The notes under the pieces are model-generated. The model ran no database searches and was not told the origin of the DNA. It saw only the letters and a program-made list of their open reading frames with translations. A program made the translations under genes and the position numbers. A stretch of 63,860 bases of DNA, the filler included, from Lama guanicoe (lineage: Eukaryota): NCBI GenBank assembly GCA_013239625.1. It is 193 parts of 193 records of this genome, joined end to end, with 100 filler letters (N's around TTAATTAATTAA, not from the genome) between each part and the next. Parts side by side here need not be neighbours in the genome. Positions count along the whole stretch, not along the records: positions 1 to 231 come from PNXV01044024.1; positions 332 to 562 come from PNXV01044025.1; positions 663 to 893 come from PNXV01044026.1; positions 994 to 1,224 come from PNXV01044027.1; positions 1,325 to 1,555 come from PNXV01044028.1; positions 1,656 to 1,886 come from PNXV01044029.1; positions 1,987 to 2,217 come from PNXV01044030.1; positions 2,318 to 2,548 come from PNXV01044031.1; 185 more parts are not named here. One strand, given 5' to 3'. Below, in pieces: positions 1-12,578 of this stretch (its first letter is position 1; every line of letters starts with the position of its first letter).

Positions 1-231
1 GTATACAGCACAATGTCCCAGTCATGCATATACATACATATATTCATTTAAATGTTCTTTTTGATTAAAAGTTATTATAATGTGTCAATTTCTGGTGCAC
101 TGCACAGAGTCCCAGTCATGCATCTACATGCATATATTCATTTTCATATTCTTTTTCATTACAAGATATTCTGTAGAGTTTGCTGTGCTGTACAGAAGAA
201 ATTTGTTTTCTTAATCTATTTTTATATATAG
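1..231 (-). mobile_element. Lineage-specific L1 3' UTR fragment with a small internal duplication
   Basis: The end (tgtgctgtacagaagaaattt...aatctatttttatatatag) is the reverse complement of the end of the L1 3' UTR contig 61971-62202. The motif gtcccagtcatgcat..catatattcattt occurs twice (~15-49 and ~109-143). Confidence 0.75.
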
Positions 232-331
232 NNNNNNNNNNNNNNNNNNNNNNNNNNNNNNNNNNNNNNNNNNNNTTAATTAATTAANNNNNNNNNNNNN
301 NNNNNNNNNNNNNNNNNNNNNNNNNNNNNNN
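232..331. other. Artificial 100-bp contig linker N44-TTAATTAATTAA-N44 (first of about 192 copies, recurring every 331-332 bp to the end of the window)
   Basis: N at 232-275, TTAATTAATTAA at 276-287, N at 288-331. The same structure recurs between all contigs. The core is palindromic with TAA in all three frames of both strands. Confidence 0.99.
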
Positions 332-993
332 CCTCATGGGACAGCCCCTGGAACTTCCCTGCCAGGCCTCAGGTTCCCAGTGCCTGCTATCCAGTGTGTG
401 TTGGGCGATGGAGGCTAGAACTGGGGGCCTTAGGTGTGAGTAGAGAGGGCATACTTGTGGGGTGGATGGGGATGGGAAATGCTCCTTTTCCCAGGAGCAA
501 AGAAAGAAGTCACGGAGCCAGAGACATGAGAGCAGGAGAGATGCTGCCAGGCCCCCTGGCTTNNNNNNNNNNNNNNNNNNNNNNNNNNNNNNNNNNNNNN
601 NNNNNNTTAATTAATTAANNNNNNNNNNNNNNNNNNNNNNNNNNNNNNNNNNNNNNNNNNNNGTAGCTTGTCCGAAGTCACACAGCCAGTCAAGGTGAGA
701 GCTGGGAGTGGAAACCGGGCATAGGAACTGGATTTGTTCTCCTCAACAAGGCATTTCAGAAACTCAGAGTGTCTCCAAGCTGGGTGGGATCTCGGGGGTC
801 ACGTAGAGGAATCCTCTGAATAATTCATTATTAATGCAGGAATCCTTTTCCAGCATTCTCCCTAAGTGGCTTATGCTCTTGCTTAGGGAAATCNNNNNNN
901 NNNNNNNNNNNNNNNNNNNNNNNNNNNNNNNNNNNNNTTAATTAATTAANNNNNNNNNNNNNNNNNNNNNNNNNNNNNNNNNNNNNNNNNNNN

Positions 994-1078
994 CATGAGG
1001 GTGAAGTCCTCATGAAAGGGATCAGTGCCCTTATAAAAGGGACCTCAGAGAGCTCTTTCTCCTTTCTACCATGTGAGG
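994..1078 (+). mobile_element. MaLR LTR (MLT1-like) fragment
   Basis: gggatcagtgcccttataaaagggacctcagagagctc...ctaccatgtgagg resembles the MLT1/MST LTR core around the TATA box. Confidence 0.7.
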
Positions 1079-2979
1079 GTTTCATGCCACAGGTGATAGA
1101 CTTTGTACTCTTCTAGGTTATTGTCTTTAATCATTCAGCAGCCCTTTAGGAGGCCAAATCCCATGCACCAGGTTTTTTCTTTAGGGAGCATAGGTGCAGT
1201 TTGAGTGCAAAGTGCTGAGCAAGANNNNNNNNNNNNNNNNNNNNNNNNNNNNNNNNNNNNNNNNNNNNTTAATTAATTAANNNNNNNNNNNNNNNNNNNN
1301 NNNNNNNNNNNNNNNNNNNNNNNNAAAAAAATCTTTTGGCAGTTGACAACATTGTTTAAAATGTAAATATATGTACTTGATATTACTTTGTATTCAGCCC
1401 AACATTTATCTTTTTTAAAAGCTGGCTTCAAAAATTTTTCTCCCAGTTTTTCCTCAATTTTTGACTCAAAGTGTATTTTAAGAAAAATGAAATCTATACA
1501 CCCCTTATTTATTCCTCTTAATTCTTCATCATTTTGTTTTGGAAGATCATCTGGTNNNNNNNNNNNNNNNNNNNNNNNNNNNNNNNNNNNNNNNNNNNNT
1601 TAATTAATTAANNNNNNNNNNNNNNNNNNNNNNNNNNNNNNNNNNNNNNNNNNNNAGCAGAATGAGTTTGGACTCGGTAACACTAACACTTTCCTCAAAT
1701 TGCTTTCACAGAGGTCTCCAGTGTCCCTGGGATTGTCACATCACCTTGGAAGTTTGCAGCTTCTTTTACTGACTCTCTGATGTGGGTGCACCTCCCTTTT
1801 GGAAATTTTCCTCAGTTACACGTGGCTGGTTCTGTACCTCCTTCTCAACCGCCACCCTTTTCCCTCCGTTTTCTTCCTTTTTTTTTNNNNNNNNNNNNNN
1901 NNNNNNNNNNNNNNNNNNNNNNNNNNNNNNTTAATTAATTAANNNNNNNNNNNNNNNNNNNNNNNNNNNNNNNNNNNNNNNNNNNNACACTCCTGGAAGG
2001 GTAGGTGCTGAGGAAGCAGGTTAATGTGAGACACTATTCCTCCAGAGGCTGGACCTCTGTGTTTGGTTGAATGGGAACTCCTTGGAGCTGCATTGTGACC
2101 TTCTCTCCTCACTAGGAGTAATTGACAAAGCTAAGAGTAGTCATTTGGGCTGAATCTAATAAAACCTGAACAGTTCTGATGATAAAGCTGAGTAATCAGA
2201 AGATGTACAGATGAGCANNNNNNNNNNNNNNNNNNNNNNNNNNNNNNNNNNNNNNNNNNNNTTAATTAATTAANNNNNNNNNNNNNNNNNNNNNNNNNNN
2301 NNNNNNNNNNNNNNNNNGTCTTTGTCCCTCTGTCATAGTTTCTCCTTGACCTCCCACTATGTGCTCTCCACCCCATCCCACCTTGACCTCTATCAGACCA
2401 ACAGGTTCCCTGCCACCTGGTTCCCAGTAAGGTGCAGCAGGAGACCCAAAGGAGGGTGGAGATCTCTTGAGGGGTTGCCTCAGGCTTTTGCACTCATCAA
2501 TTTTTCAAAGTAGCCTTCTTTATAGAACTTTCTTCTTCAGGTTCTAATNNNNNNNNNNNNNNNNNNNNNNNNNNNNNNNNNNNNNNNNNNNNTTAATTAA
2601 TTAANNNNNNNNNNNNNNNNNNNNNNNNNNNNNNNNNNNNNNNNNNNNAATCTGAATGATATGAGCCCCCAAACAGCACTGTGAAGTTCGCTCTCTTCCT
2701 GGAATGTCTGCATGGGTTACTTCTTCCAGAAGCATGAAGAAAGTGTTTGTGAGTCCGCAATGAGGGCAGCGGTGGGGTGTGAGGGTGCACTCCTGTGAAT
2801 CAGGATGGCAGGCTGATGGGTCCACTGCCACCTCATCCAGACTACTCCTCTTCAGGCTCCCTTCCACCTCCACTGTGCTNNNNNNNNNNNNNNNNNNNNN
2901 NNNNNNNNNNNNNNNNNNNNNNNTTAATTAATTAANNNNNNNNNNNNNNNNNNNNNNNNNNNNNNNNNNNNNNNNNNNN

Positions 2980-3210
2980 GATTGTATGCCCACCAAAGAC
3001 ATACAAATGAATGTTCATAGCAGTTTTACTCATAATAGTCAGAAACTGGGGAAAAAAATACCCAAATGTCGATCAGCAGATGAATGGGTAAACAAACTTT
3101 GGACTATCTGTATAACGGAATATTACTCAGCAATCAAAATGAACTACTGATATTGACAACTGCATTATTAATCATTCATAATTGAAACATTATTCTGAGT
3201 GAAAGAAGGC
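2980..3210 (+). mobile_element. Old L1M (L1MB/MC-type) ORF2 end / 3' UTR fragment
   Basis: atgttcatagcagttttactcataatag...cccaaatgtc..cagcagatgaatgggtaaacaaa...tattactcagcaat...ctgagtgaaagaag are typical L1M 3' motifs. Confidence 0.8.
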
Positions 3211-4303
3211 NNNNNNNNNNNNNNNNNNNNNNNNNNNNNNNNNNNNNNNNNNNNTTAATTAATTAANNNNNNNNNNNNNNNNNNNNNNNNNNNNNNNNNN
3301 NNNNNNNNNNAGTTACTCTAAGTTCCTTTGAGGAAACTTATTCATATGTGCATTTGCTCTGAGAAACTCAGTCTCTAGTAATATGGTAGGCATTGACCAG
3401 GGTACTAAACCAGGGGAAAAAAATTTCGAAAGATATGTTATATGCTCTCCCATTGAGAGGCAGGAGCATTGAGGGAGTGAGTTCACTGCTGCGGGTCTTC
3501 TAGGAAATTCAAGATAGTTCTGATGTTGCTCAGCATATCCANNNNNNNNNNNNNNNNNNNNNNNNNNNNNNNNNNNNNNNNNNNNTTAATTAATTAANNN
3601 NNNNNNNNNNNNNNNNNNNNNNNNNNNNNNNNNNNNNNNNNACAGCTAAATCCTCTATAAATGATTGGTATTGGATTATTCAGTTCATGGTACACCATTA
3701 TTAGAAGCATTCAAAAATATGCTGAAATTCACAGGCTAAAAACCTAACATGCAAAGTAAAAAGTTAGGTTGCTTCAGGAAATATACCAGTACTAACCTGT
3801 ATTTGATGAAGGGAAATTCTTCTTCCAAAACTGTAATACTGGCAGTACTTTGAATTCTCAGCTATTCACTTANNNNNNNNNNNNNNNNNNNNNNNNNNNN
3901 NNNNNNNNNNNNNNNNTTAATTAATTAANNNNNNNNNNNNNNNNNNNNNNNNNNNNNNNNNNNNNNNNNNNNGTTCAGTTTCCTGCAGGAGCCAATCTAC
4001 TGTTTACTCTTTTGATGAAAAGCAAAGCACAACTTCCCCGCTTTTCAGTTTACGTTGTTCCCTTCCCCCTGAAGCGCGTCTTCAGGTGTCTTTGAGAGCG
4101 TGATCGGCTACCTCAGGGCTGACCTCGGGCCCCCCGGGCCCCAGAGCAAGCCGTCTGCGTGCGGAGATGTGTCCTCCAGCTGAGCCCCTTCATTGAAGCC
4201 ACGNNNNNNNNNNNNNNNNNNNNNNNNNNNNNNNNNNNNNNNNNNNNTTAATTAATTAANNNNNNNNNNNNNNNNNNNNNNNNNNNNNNNNNNNNNNNNN
4301 NNN

Positions 4304-4364
4304 GCCTGCAAAGCCTAAAATGTTTACTATCTGGCCCTTTCCAGAAAGACTTTGTCAACCCTTG
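4304..4364 (+). mobile_element. MER58A (hAT-Charlie MITE) 3' end
   Basis: gcctgcaaagcctaaaatgtttactatctggccctttccagaaagactttgtcaacccttg matches the remembered MER58A terminus. Confidence 0.8.
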
Positions 4365-4659
4365 TTCCAGAATACTTAACCATGGGGTCTCCTCGTGTTG
4401 TTCTCATTAGCTTTTCTTTCATAGTATTTAAATAGTAGCCTTGAGTTTCTTATTCTCAATCCTTAATGGTCTTCGTGGGGCCACCTATAGGATCATGGCC
4501 ACGGGGAGGAAACAGCTCTGCCCAAGTGCATCTCNNNNNNNNNNNNNNNNNNNNNNNNNNNNNNNNNNNNNNNNNNNNTTAATTAATTAANNNNNNNNNN
4601 NNNNNNNNNNNNNNNNNNNNNNNNNNNNNNNNNNGGAAACCGGCGATTTGCTCTTAGAG

Positions 4660-4830
4660 GGCCTTGGACAAAGCTGCTCATCCCGCAGTGTCTCAGTTTC
4701 TTCATCTGCCAAGGGGAGACGTTCACCCACCTCATGTGGTCGATGGGAGGATTACACTGAGAAATTACACGGCAGCACTTTGTTGACTGTAGTGTATGAG
4801 GATGATACCTGGGGCCGATAGTAAGTAACA
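4660..4830 (+). mobile_element. MIR SINE core
   Basis: gtctcagtttcttcatctgccaagggga...acctcat...gggaggattacactgagaaat resembles the MIR core. Confidence 0.7.
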
Positions 4831-6037
4831 CACGCAGATGTGACTGCCCTGGTTGTCAACACAGGNNNNNNNNNNNNNNNNNNNNNNNNNNNNNNNNNNN
4901 NNNNNNNNNTTAATTAATTAANNNNNNNNNNNNNNNNNNNNNNNNNNNNNNNNNNNNNNNNNNNNTACCTCAAAAGGACATTATGCACTGGTAATTGAGG
5001 AAAGCATATAAAGTAATGCCATTTGGTTAAACAGTGATTCCCCTCTCCCCTGTATGGGTACAAGGTATGAGAATGGAGAAATATGAGACTAGATGTTTAA
5101 CATTTGCTATCCGGGCTTGGAGACGGAGAGAGGGAGAAGGAGAGTTAGGGGAAAGAGGAGAAAAAAAGATGCAATAGAGTATAAAGAATCAGCTGTNNNN
5201 NNNNNNNNNNNNNNNNNNNNNNNNNNNNNNNNNNNNNNNNTTAATTAATTAANNNNNNNNNNNNNNNNNNNNNNNNNNNNNNNNNNNNNNNNNNNNCACC
5301 CAGCAGAGCCTTGGGGGCAGCACCACCGCCCCGGGGGCCTGGAGGACAGACACTGGGCCAAGGAGGGTCGCCTGGAGCCCTGAGGTTTGGGACTGCTCAG
5401 AACCTGCCGCTTCTTGCCTACCTCTAGGAAAGGGAGTATTCATTCCGCTCCCTCCCGCTGTGGCTACTTTGAGGCACATAACTTGTCTGGTGTCACAGGT
5501 TCACAGCTGGAGGGGACACTACGTTCCNNNNNNNNNNNNNNNNNNNNNNNNNNNNNNNNNNNNNNNNNNNNTTAATTAATTAANNNNNNNNNNNNNNNNN
5601 NNNNNNNNNNNNNNNNNNNNNNNNNNNGGTGGCCACATACATGCAGCAGACAGGGCTGGTTCAACCATCTCCCAGGACCAGACCGTGATGCTCCATCTCC
5701 CCTTCCTAGGTCTTCCCCATTTAGGCAGGGCAGCAGGGCAAGTTCCCCGGGATCTCTTCTCAGCTAGCACCTCTGACAGGCACCTGAAAGCCTCTGATCG
5801 TCTGTGCACGAACAGTCTACTCTGTTCACAGACCCGCCTGTGGGCTCAGCCATCACAANNNNNNNNNNNNNNNNNNNNNNNNNNNNNNNNNNNNNNNNNN
5901 NNTTAATTAATTAANNNNNNNNNNNNNNNNNNNNNNNNNNNNNNNNNNNNNNNNNNNNAAGAAGAAAAAGATATAAAGGCTACCTTCCCAAACATCTAAA
6001 GCAACAGGACTATTATCCTTAAATATCTAAAAAAAAG

Positions 6038-6189
6038 GGAGGCTCTAAGTCAAAACCCACCACTCTAGACTACATGATCAAAAATTTCAAAAAAGGGTTC
6101 TCAGGAAACTGTAAAATTCGAATGACCTCTGGCAGGCTCCGCACTTTATGTGAGCTTAAATGGCCGGCCTTTGGAGTCGGGTGGCCCTC
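6038..6189 (+). mobile_element. gag: Class I (gammaretrovirus-like) ERV gag matrix N-terminus; expected start codon absent (AAG at 6035-6037)
   Basis: Translates GGSKSKPTTLDYMIKNFKKGFSGNCKIRMTSGRLRTLCELKWPAFGVGWP. This matches the class I ERV matrix pattern (MG..SKPT.LECM.KNFKKGF.GDYG.K...KLRT.CE.EWP.FGVGWP). Confidence 0.88.
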
Positions 6190-7944
6190 NNNNNNNNNNN
6201 NNNNNNNNNNNNNNNNNNNNNNNNNNNNNNNNNTTAATTAATTAANNNNNNNNNNNNNNNNNNNNNNNNNNNNNNNNNNNNNNNNNNNNCTCGCGGGCAG
6301 TGCGCAGTGTGACCAGAGCAGGATCGACAGCTGGTTGCGCATCGGCTACGTTCACAATTAACGAAAGCTGCCATGGCGGCAGTGTTTAGGCGAAAGAGCC
6401 CTGGGGCCCTGTCAGTCAAGGCACACGTTGATATGGGACCTTATTCTCCAAGACTGCCCTGGACAAACAGGTCCTCACACTCTGTGCATCTGGGAGGGCG
6501 ACGTGGAAACGTGAGCCTGTNNNNNNNNNNNNNNNNNNNNNNNNNNNNNNNNNNNNNNNNNNNNTTAATTAATTAANNNNNNNNNNNNNNNNNNNNNNNN
6601 NNNNNNNNNNNNNNNNNNNNTCTCTTCAGCTCAAAGTCTTCCTTTATAAAACTGGGATCTTACTGTCTTGTTAGGCAGCTAGTTAGTAATACTCATAGGA
6701 GTATTATGAAAATTTAATGAGATAAGGTATCTCCCAGATGCTCGGAGAAGTAGTGGAAGAATGGAATAATGTGTTCTTGAACTTAAATGCTGGAACTATT
6801 TAAGAATCCCAAATAAAACCCAATGTGTGTTTTCTTTCCTAGGTGTAACATNNNNNNNNNNNNNNNNNNNNNNNNNNNNNNNNNNNNNNNNNNNNTTAAT
6901 TAATTAANNNNNNNNNNNNNNNNNNNNNNNNNNNNNNNNNNNNNNNNNNNNACAGAGGGTTCGAATCTAGGCCCCCTGTCCCCAGAGTTCTTTGCTCTGT
7001 TCCCCTGATCACAGGATTCCCTCGTGAGGATTAAGGTTGGGTCTATGTGAGGGCCGAGGAGTCATGATCAAAATCTGAGCTTCCTTGGCTTGAATCCGTT
7101 CTCCCAGTGAAGGTCCGTCTTGTCGACCTCAGTCTAGCGAGTAGACAGTGCAACGCCAGCTGTCCTACCGTCAAAGCCTCCANNNNNNNNNNNNNNNNNN
7201 NNNNNNNNNNNNNNNNNNNNNNNNNNTTAATTAATTAANNNNNNNNNNNNNNNNNNNNNNNNNNNNNNNNNNNNNNNNNNNNAAGCACCCTGGAGCATGT
7301 GCTAGATGTAACACCTTCAGATACATCCCTCTGATGGGAAAACAGAGTGAGACAGACAGTGCCCAAGGGGCCATCTCTGCTGATTGGCTGGGCCCAAATT
7401 TGAGCCTGGGTCTGTTTTACGTCAAAGTCCCAGTAAGTATCCCCACAGCGTGCCACCTCATCGCCAAACACCTAGCAACAAAATGGACACCTGCTGCCTC
7501 TGTGAACAGACACNNNNNNNNNNNNNNNNNNNNNNNNNNNNNNNNNNNNNNNNNNNNTTAATTAATTAANNNNNNNNNNNNNNNNNNNNNNNNNNNNNNN
7601 NNNNNNNNNNNNNCCTCCCGCGTCTCCACTGCAGCCCCATTTCCTGTGCACTGCGGTCAGCTCGGACCTCTGCCATCTGCCCCTGAAGCAACACGTTCTG
7701 AATTTGGCAGGTGATGCAGCTGGTGGCGGCCTCTTCTCGGCCCAGGACTAGAACAGTGTAATTGAAACCACCAACGGCAGACACTAAGAGAAAGCGGGGC
7801 TGACGGGGCACCTCGTGAGCTAATGAGAGCAAAATTGCAGCAAGNNNNNNNNNNNNNNNNNNNNNNNNNNNNNNNNNNNNNNNNNNNNTTAATTAATTAA
7901 NNNNNNNNNNNNNNNNNNNNNNNNNNNNNNNNNNNNNNNNNNNN

Positions 7945-8175
7945 TGATCATCTCAATAGATGCAGGAAAAGCATTTGATAAAATTCAACACCTGTTTATG
8001 AGAAAAACTCTCACCAAAGTGGGTATAGAGGGAACATGTCAACATAATAAAAGCTATAGATGACAAACCTACAGCTAGCATAATACTCAACGGTGAAAAG
8101 CTCAAAAGCTTCCCACTGAAATCTGTGACAAGACAAGGATGCCCACTATCACCACTCTTATTCAACATAGTCTTG
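7945..8175 (+). mobile_element. L1 ORF2 reverse-transcriptase fragment, frameshifted
   Basis: [30 protein letters not shown] / [45 protein letters not shown], including the QGCPLSP motif. Frameshift near 8040. Confidence 0.97.
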
Positions 8176-9930
8176 NNNNNNNNNNNNNNNNNNNNNNNNN
8201 NNNNNNNNNNNNNNNNNNNTTAATTAATTAANNNNNNNNNNNNNNNNNNNNNNNNNNNNNNNNNNNNNNNNNNNNTTTTCAAGATACAAAACCACCTTTA
8301 TTTTGGCAGGTCCCCATGAATCAATTTCCCTTGAGTGTAAGGAGACTCAAGGTAAAAGCTGATATTAAGATTTCTAGAAAATTGTAAGGCTGGGGTCGTG
8401 TGAGAAGTTTCATCTTTTTCCTTTAAGAGAGAAAACTCCAAGCTGTGAGGCAGATTACCCACGAAGTGGGCAAGACTGTCTCTTGAGGCACAGAAAGAAG
8501 TTCTAANNNNNNNNNNNNNNNNNNNNNNNNNNNNNNNNNNNNNNNNNNNNTTAATTAATTAANNNNNNNNNNNNNNNNNNNNNNNNNNNNNNNNNNNNNN
8601 NNNNNNGGGGGGGTCTGGATCATAATGAAGTTTGTTAGAGGTCTTAATGATTTTTCACTTTTATGTCTATTGAATTGAAGTTTTCCTGCTGAGCTGGTTA
8701 GTTGTTTAGCCTATTTTTGGCTTAGGAAATCAAAAGAGAATATAGAAGTCAAAGTCATTTTAATATAAGGAGTGTTACTGGGAAGAGGGAAATAAGAGTT
8801 ACCTTGGTTCTTAGTCACCTGAAAAAACATTTTTTTTNNNNNNNNNNNNNNNNNNNNNNNNNNNNNNNNNNNNNNNNNNNNTTAATTAATTAANNNNNNN
8901 NNNNNNNNNNNNNNNNNNNNNNNNNNNNNNNNNNNNNTCTGTTTTTCAAGACAGTCTAGGTAAATATTATAAGTCAGAAAGTGAATTGAATGGTAAAGGT
9001 CGCTAATGACATTAAATACACTGTTTATGTGAACCGTGATTTACATGAATCAAGCCCCCGGGGGCACTATACCATGGGGGTGCATACTAGGTTGCGTTAA
9101 ATTGCTTTACACAACATGCTCTGATGATTAAGCGTTCTCATCACTGATAGAAGAACACCTGGTTCTCANNNNNNNNNNNNNNNNNNNNNNNNNNNNNNNN
9201 NNNNNNNNNNNNTTAATTAATTAANNNNNNNNNNNNNNNNNNNNNNNNNNNNNNNNNNNNNNNNNNNNATTTCTCCCAAGTCCGGCCAGAGGCAGCCGCT
9301 TCCCTGGGTCTCCAGTAGCTGCCAGGACTCACTTCACTCCGGGGAACCAGGAGGGACTCCCCCTGACAGGAACCAGATGCCCCCATGGAGTCTGTTTGGA
9401 GGGAGAAACGTCCTGAGCTGTGACCACATTCAGGGTCACCTGGGGTGAGTTCTCCACTCCATCTGGGTTCATTCCCTTCCAGGAAGTGAGCTGCTCTGGN
9501 NNNNNNNNNNNNNNNNNNNNNNNNNNNNNNNNNNNNNNNNNNNTTAATTAATTAANNNNNNNNNNNNNNNNNNNNNNNNNNNNNNNNNNNNNNNNNNNNA
9601 ATCTGATGTGTATACTAATTCTCAAATGATTAAGAACTGGAAAAAAACTCTTCACTGTGGTGTACACTGAATGAATATCCATTGTTCTCTATGATTATAC
9701 TTAAATACCTATGTTTATTTTAAAAATATTATTCCCCTTAATGCTTCTCGACCTCATCTCAAAAAATGAATAAATGATGAAAAAAACATATTTCATCATG
9801 AAATATTTAACTTTTGAAGCCATTTTCCCTNNNNNNNNNNNNNNNNNNNNNNNNNNNNNNNNNNNNNNNNNNNNTTAATTAATTAANNNNNNNNNNNNNN
9901 NNNNNNNNNNNNNNNNNNNNNNNNNNNNNN

Positions 9931-10161
9931 GCAGTTTGTTACATAATTAAACATGCAGTTGCACACTTGGACACTTAGGAAAATAAAGATTTTATCCACA
10001 TAAACACCTGTCCCTGAATATTCATAACAGCTTTATTCTTAGCCGCCAAACTGCGCAAGCCACCAGAATGTCCCTGGGGGGGTGACGGGTTAACTGTCCA
10101 ACTGCGGCACACCCACACCATGGAAAACCACTCAGAAAGAAGAGGAAACAAACAGGCTGGG
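9931..10161 (+). mobile_element. Old L1M 3' fragment
   Basis: cacataaacacctgt...gaatattcataacagctttattc...cacaccatggaaaaccactcag resembles the L1MC/MD ORF2 end. Confidence 0.6.
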
Positions 10162-10261
10162 NNNNNNNNNNNNNNNNNNNNNNNNNNNNNNNNNNNNNNN
10201 NNNNNTTAATTAATTAANNNNNNNNNNNNNNNNNNNNNNNNNNNNNNNNNNNNNNNNNNNN

Positions 10262-10823
10262 TCTATTTGTTTTTCCTTGGAAATAAGCCATTAGTTACAA
10301 ACCTCAGGAAATAGGTGCTAGCAACAGAAATGATTTATTGAAAATATATGTGCCTAAGGATATTACAGAGATCATTTTATAATATAGATAACACTTAAGT
10401 AGATGCTTACTGAGAACAATTTATGCTGGCTGTTTCAAAAGAAACTTCAGTAATTACATTATTACATGCTATGGGTAACACACAGGAGACAGNNNNNNNN
10501 NNNNNNNNNNNNNNNNNNNNNNNNNNNNNNNNNNNNTTAATTAATTAANNNNNNNNNNNNNNNNNNNNNNNNNNNNNNNNNNNNNNNNNNNNTCTATTTG
10601 TTTTTCCTTGGAAATAAGCCATTAGTTACAAACCTCAGGAAGTAGGTGCTAGCAACAGAAATGATTTATTGAAAATATATGTGCCTAAGAATATTACAGA
10701 GATCATTTTATAATATAGATAACACTTTAGTAGATGCTTACTGAGAACAATTTATGCTGTTTCAAAAGAAATGCACTTCAGTAATTACATTATTACATGC
10801 TATGGGTAACACACAGGAGACAG
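10262..10823. repeat. Near-identical contig pair (10262-10492 and 10593-10823), probable allelic bubble arms
   Basis: The first 49 and last 49 nt are identical. Between them are 3 substitutions, one 4-bp deletion and one 4-bp insertion. Confidence 0.95.
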
Positions 10824-10923
10824 NNNNNNNNNNNNNNNNNNNNNNNNNNNNNNNNNNNNNNNNNNNNTTAATTAATTAANNNNNNNNNNNNNNNNNNNNN
10901 NNNNNNNNNNNNNNNNNNNNNNN

Positions 10924-11154
10924 ACGGGTCCCGCCGCCGCCGTCGCCGTCGCCGCCGCCGCCTCCGGTTAATAAAAATAACGCCGTCCTCTCCACAATGG
11001 AATTAAAAGCCTGCCCGGCACTGCGCAGCCGCGGCGCGGGGTCTGCCGGGAGCTCGGCGACCCGGCCCGAGGGCCCGGCGCCCGCCAGCGCGCCTGCGCC
11101 GCGGCCTCCGCCCCGCCGGCCGCCAATCACGCGGGCGGTTGGGCGGAGGGACCC
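10924..11154. promoter_or_regulatory. CpG-island promoter / 5' UTR fragment, probably transcribed on the minus strand
   Basis: Very CpG-rich, with a CCAAT box (gccaatca ~11122), a GC box (ccgcccc), NRF1-like gcgcctgcgc and a GCC-repeat leader. Gene not identified. Confidence 0.75.
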
Positions 11155-11719
11155 NNNNNNNNNNNNNNNNNNNNNNNNNNNNNNNNNNNNNNNNNNNNTT
11201 AATTAATTAANNNNNNNNNNNNNNNNNNNNNNNNNNNNNNNNNNNNNNNNNNNNTTCAGAGTCCAATATAATTCTGGGCTAATCAGAGACTAAAGAACCT
11301 GTAGAAGGAGAAGTAGGCTTGGAAATCAAGCAGTGTTATTTTGAATGAGCAGGTTTTAGTCAAAGATACGGAATTAATGATCACGCATCAATTAGGTATT
11401 TCTGCAATGCACTCCAATGCCCAGTGACCACTAACATCCTACTCTGATGCCTCCCTGATGAGAGGTAGAGGCTTAAAGAATACTGNNNNNNNNNNNNNNN
11501 NNNNNNNNNNNNNNNNNNNNNNNNNNNNNTTAATTAATTAANNNNNNNNNNNNNNNNNNNNNNNNNNNNNNNNNNNNNNNNNNNNTTACAGTTAGATTTT
11601 GATTTTTAGATCTGGAACAATTTTGTTCATGGAATGAGTCAAGAATCTAATTTTTTTCCCTAGAAAATCCAGTTACCTCGTAACTATTTGCCAATACATC
11701 TTTTTACATATAATAAATT

Positions 11720-11744
11720 CACACACACACACACACACACACAC
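11720..11744 (+). repeat. (CA)n microsatellite
   Basis: About 12 CA units. Confidence 0.95.
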
Positions 11745-12578
11745 GGGTCAGTTCCTGGAATGCTCTATTCTGCTGCATTTATCCAACCCCTCTTTTCTTT
11801 TCTTTACTGTGATATANNNNNNNNNNNNNNNNNNNNNNNNNNNNNNNNNNNNNNNNNNNNTTAATTAATTAANNNNNNNNNNNNNNNNNNNNNNNNNNNN
11901 NNNNNNNNNNNNNNNNTTCTTTCTCATAGTAAACTTTTCTGTGTGACCAAAAAGTAAGTTTACTAAAAGACCCAAATAAATTTAGCTCCACTGAAATGAA
12001 GCCAAAACTAGATAAGCTTATGTTCAGTAGTTAACATTTTAACAGTTTATCTTTCTTGGAAATGATTTAGTATTCAATAAATATCCATCTTTTAATTCAT
12101 CTCAGTGTAAAACTCTTAAGGTTTCAAGTTACCAAAAAGATTTTGGANNNNNNNNNNNNNNNNNNNNNNNNNNNNNNNNNNNNNNNNNNNNTTAATTAAT
12201 TAANNNNNNNNNNNNNNNNNNNNNNNNNNNNNNNNNNNNNNNNNNNNATAACCTTGCTGATACGTTTTGGGGGGTCTAGAGTATTGGACACGTTATGGAT
12301 TATTCTGTAGCCTGTTTTTCAGTCCCAGGCCAGCTGCCCTTAGTCCCCCGGTTCACTTTCCCACTGCCACCTCCCCATGTGCCCTGGCTGCTGCTTTCTG
12401 CATATGCAGTAGGTACTCTGTATTGCCCAAGTCAGTGAGAGGTTGGCCACGCCTTCAAAAATGGAAAAGACATTTGTTNNNNNNNNNNNNNNNNNNNNNN
12501 NNNNNNNNNNNNNNNNNNNNNNTTAATTAATTAANNNNNNNNNNNNNNNNNNNNNNNNNNNNNNNNNNNNNNNNNNNN

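Noticed and set aside
2649..2879. Contig-long open frame on the minus strand and a possible plus-strand exon ending at gtgagt
   Set aside because: No recognisable protein motif; an open frame of this length is expected by chance among about 193 contigs.
7953..8168. Minus-strand 71-aa ORF (also 50638-50913 and 28742-29011)
   Set aside because: These are antisense shadows of L1 ORF2 and the CKB retrocopy.
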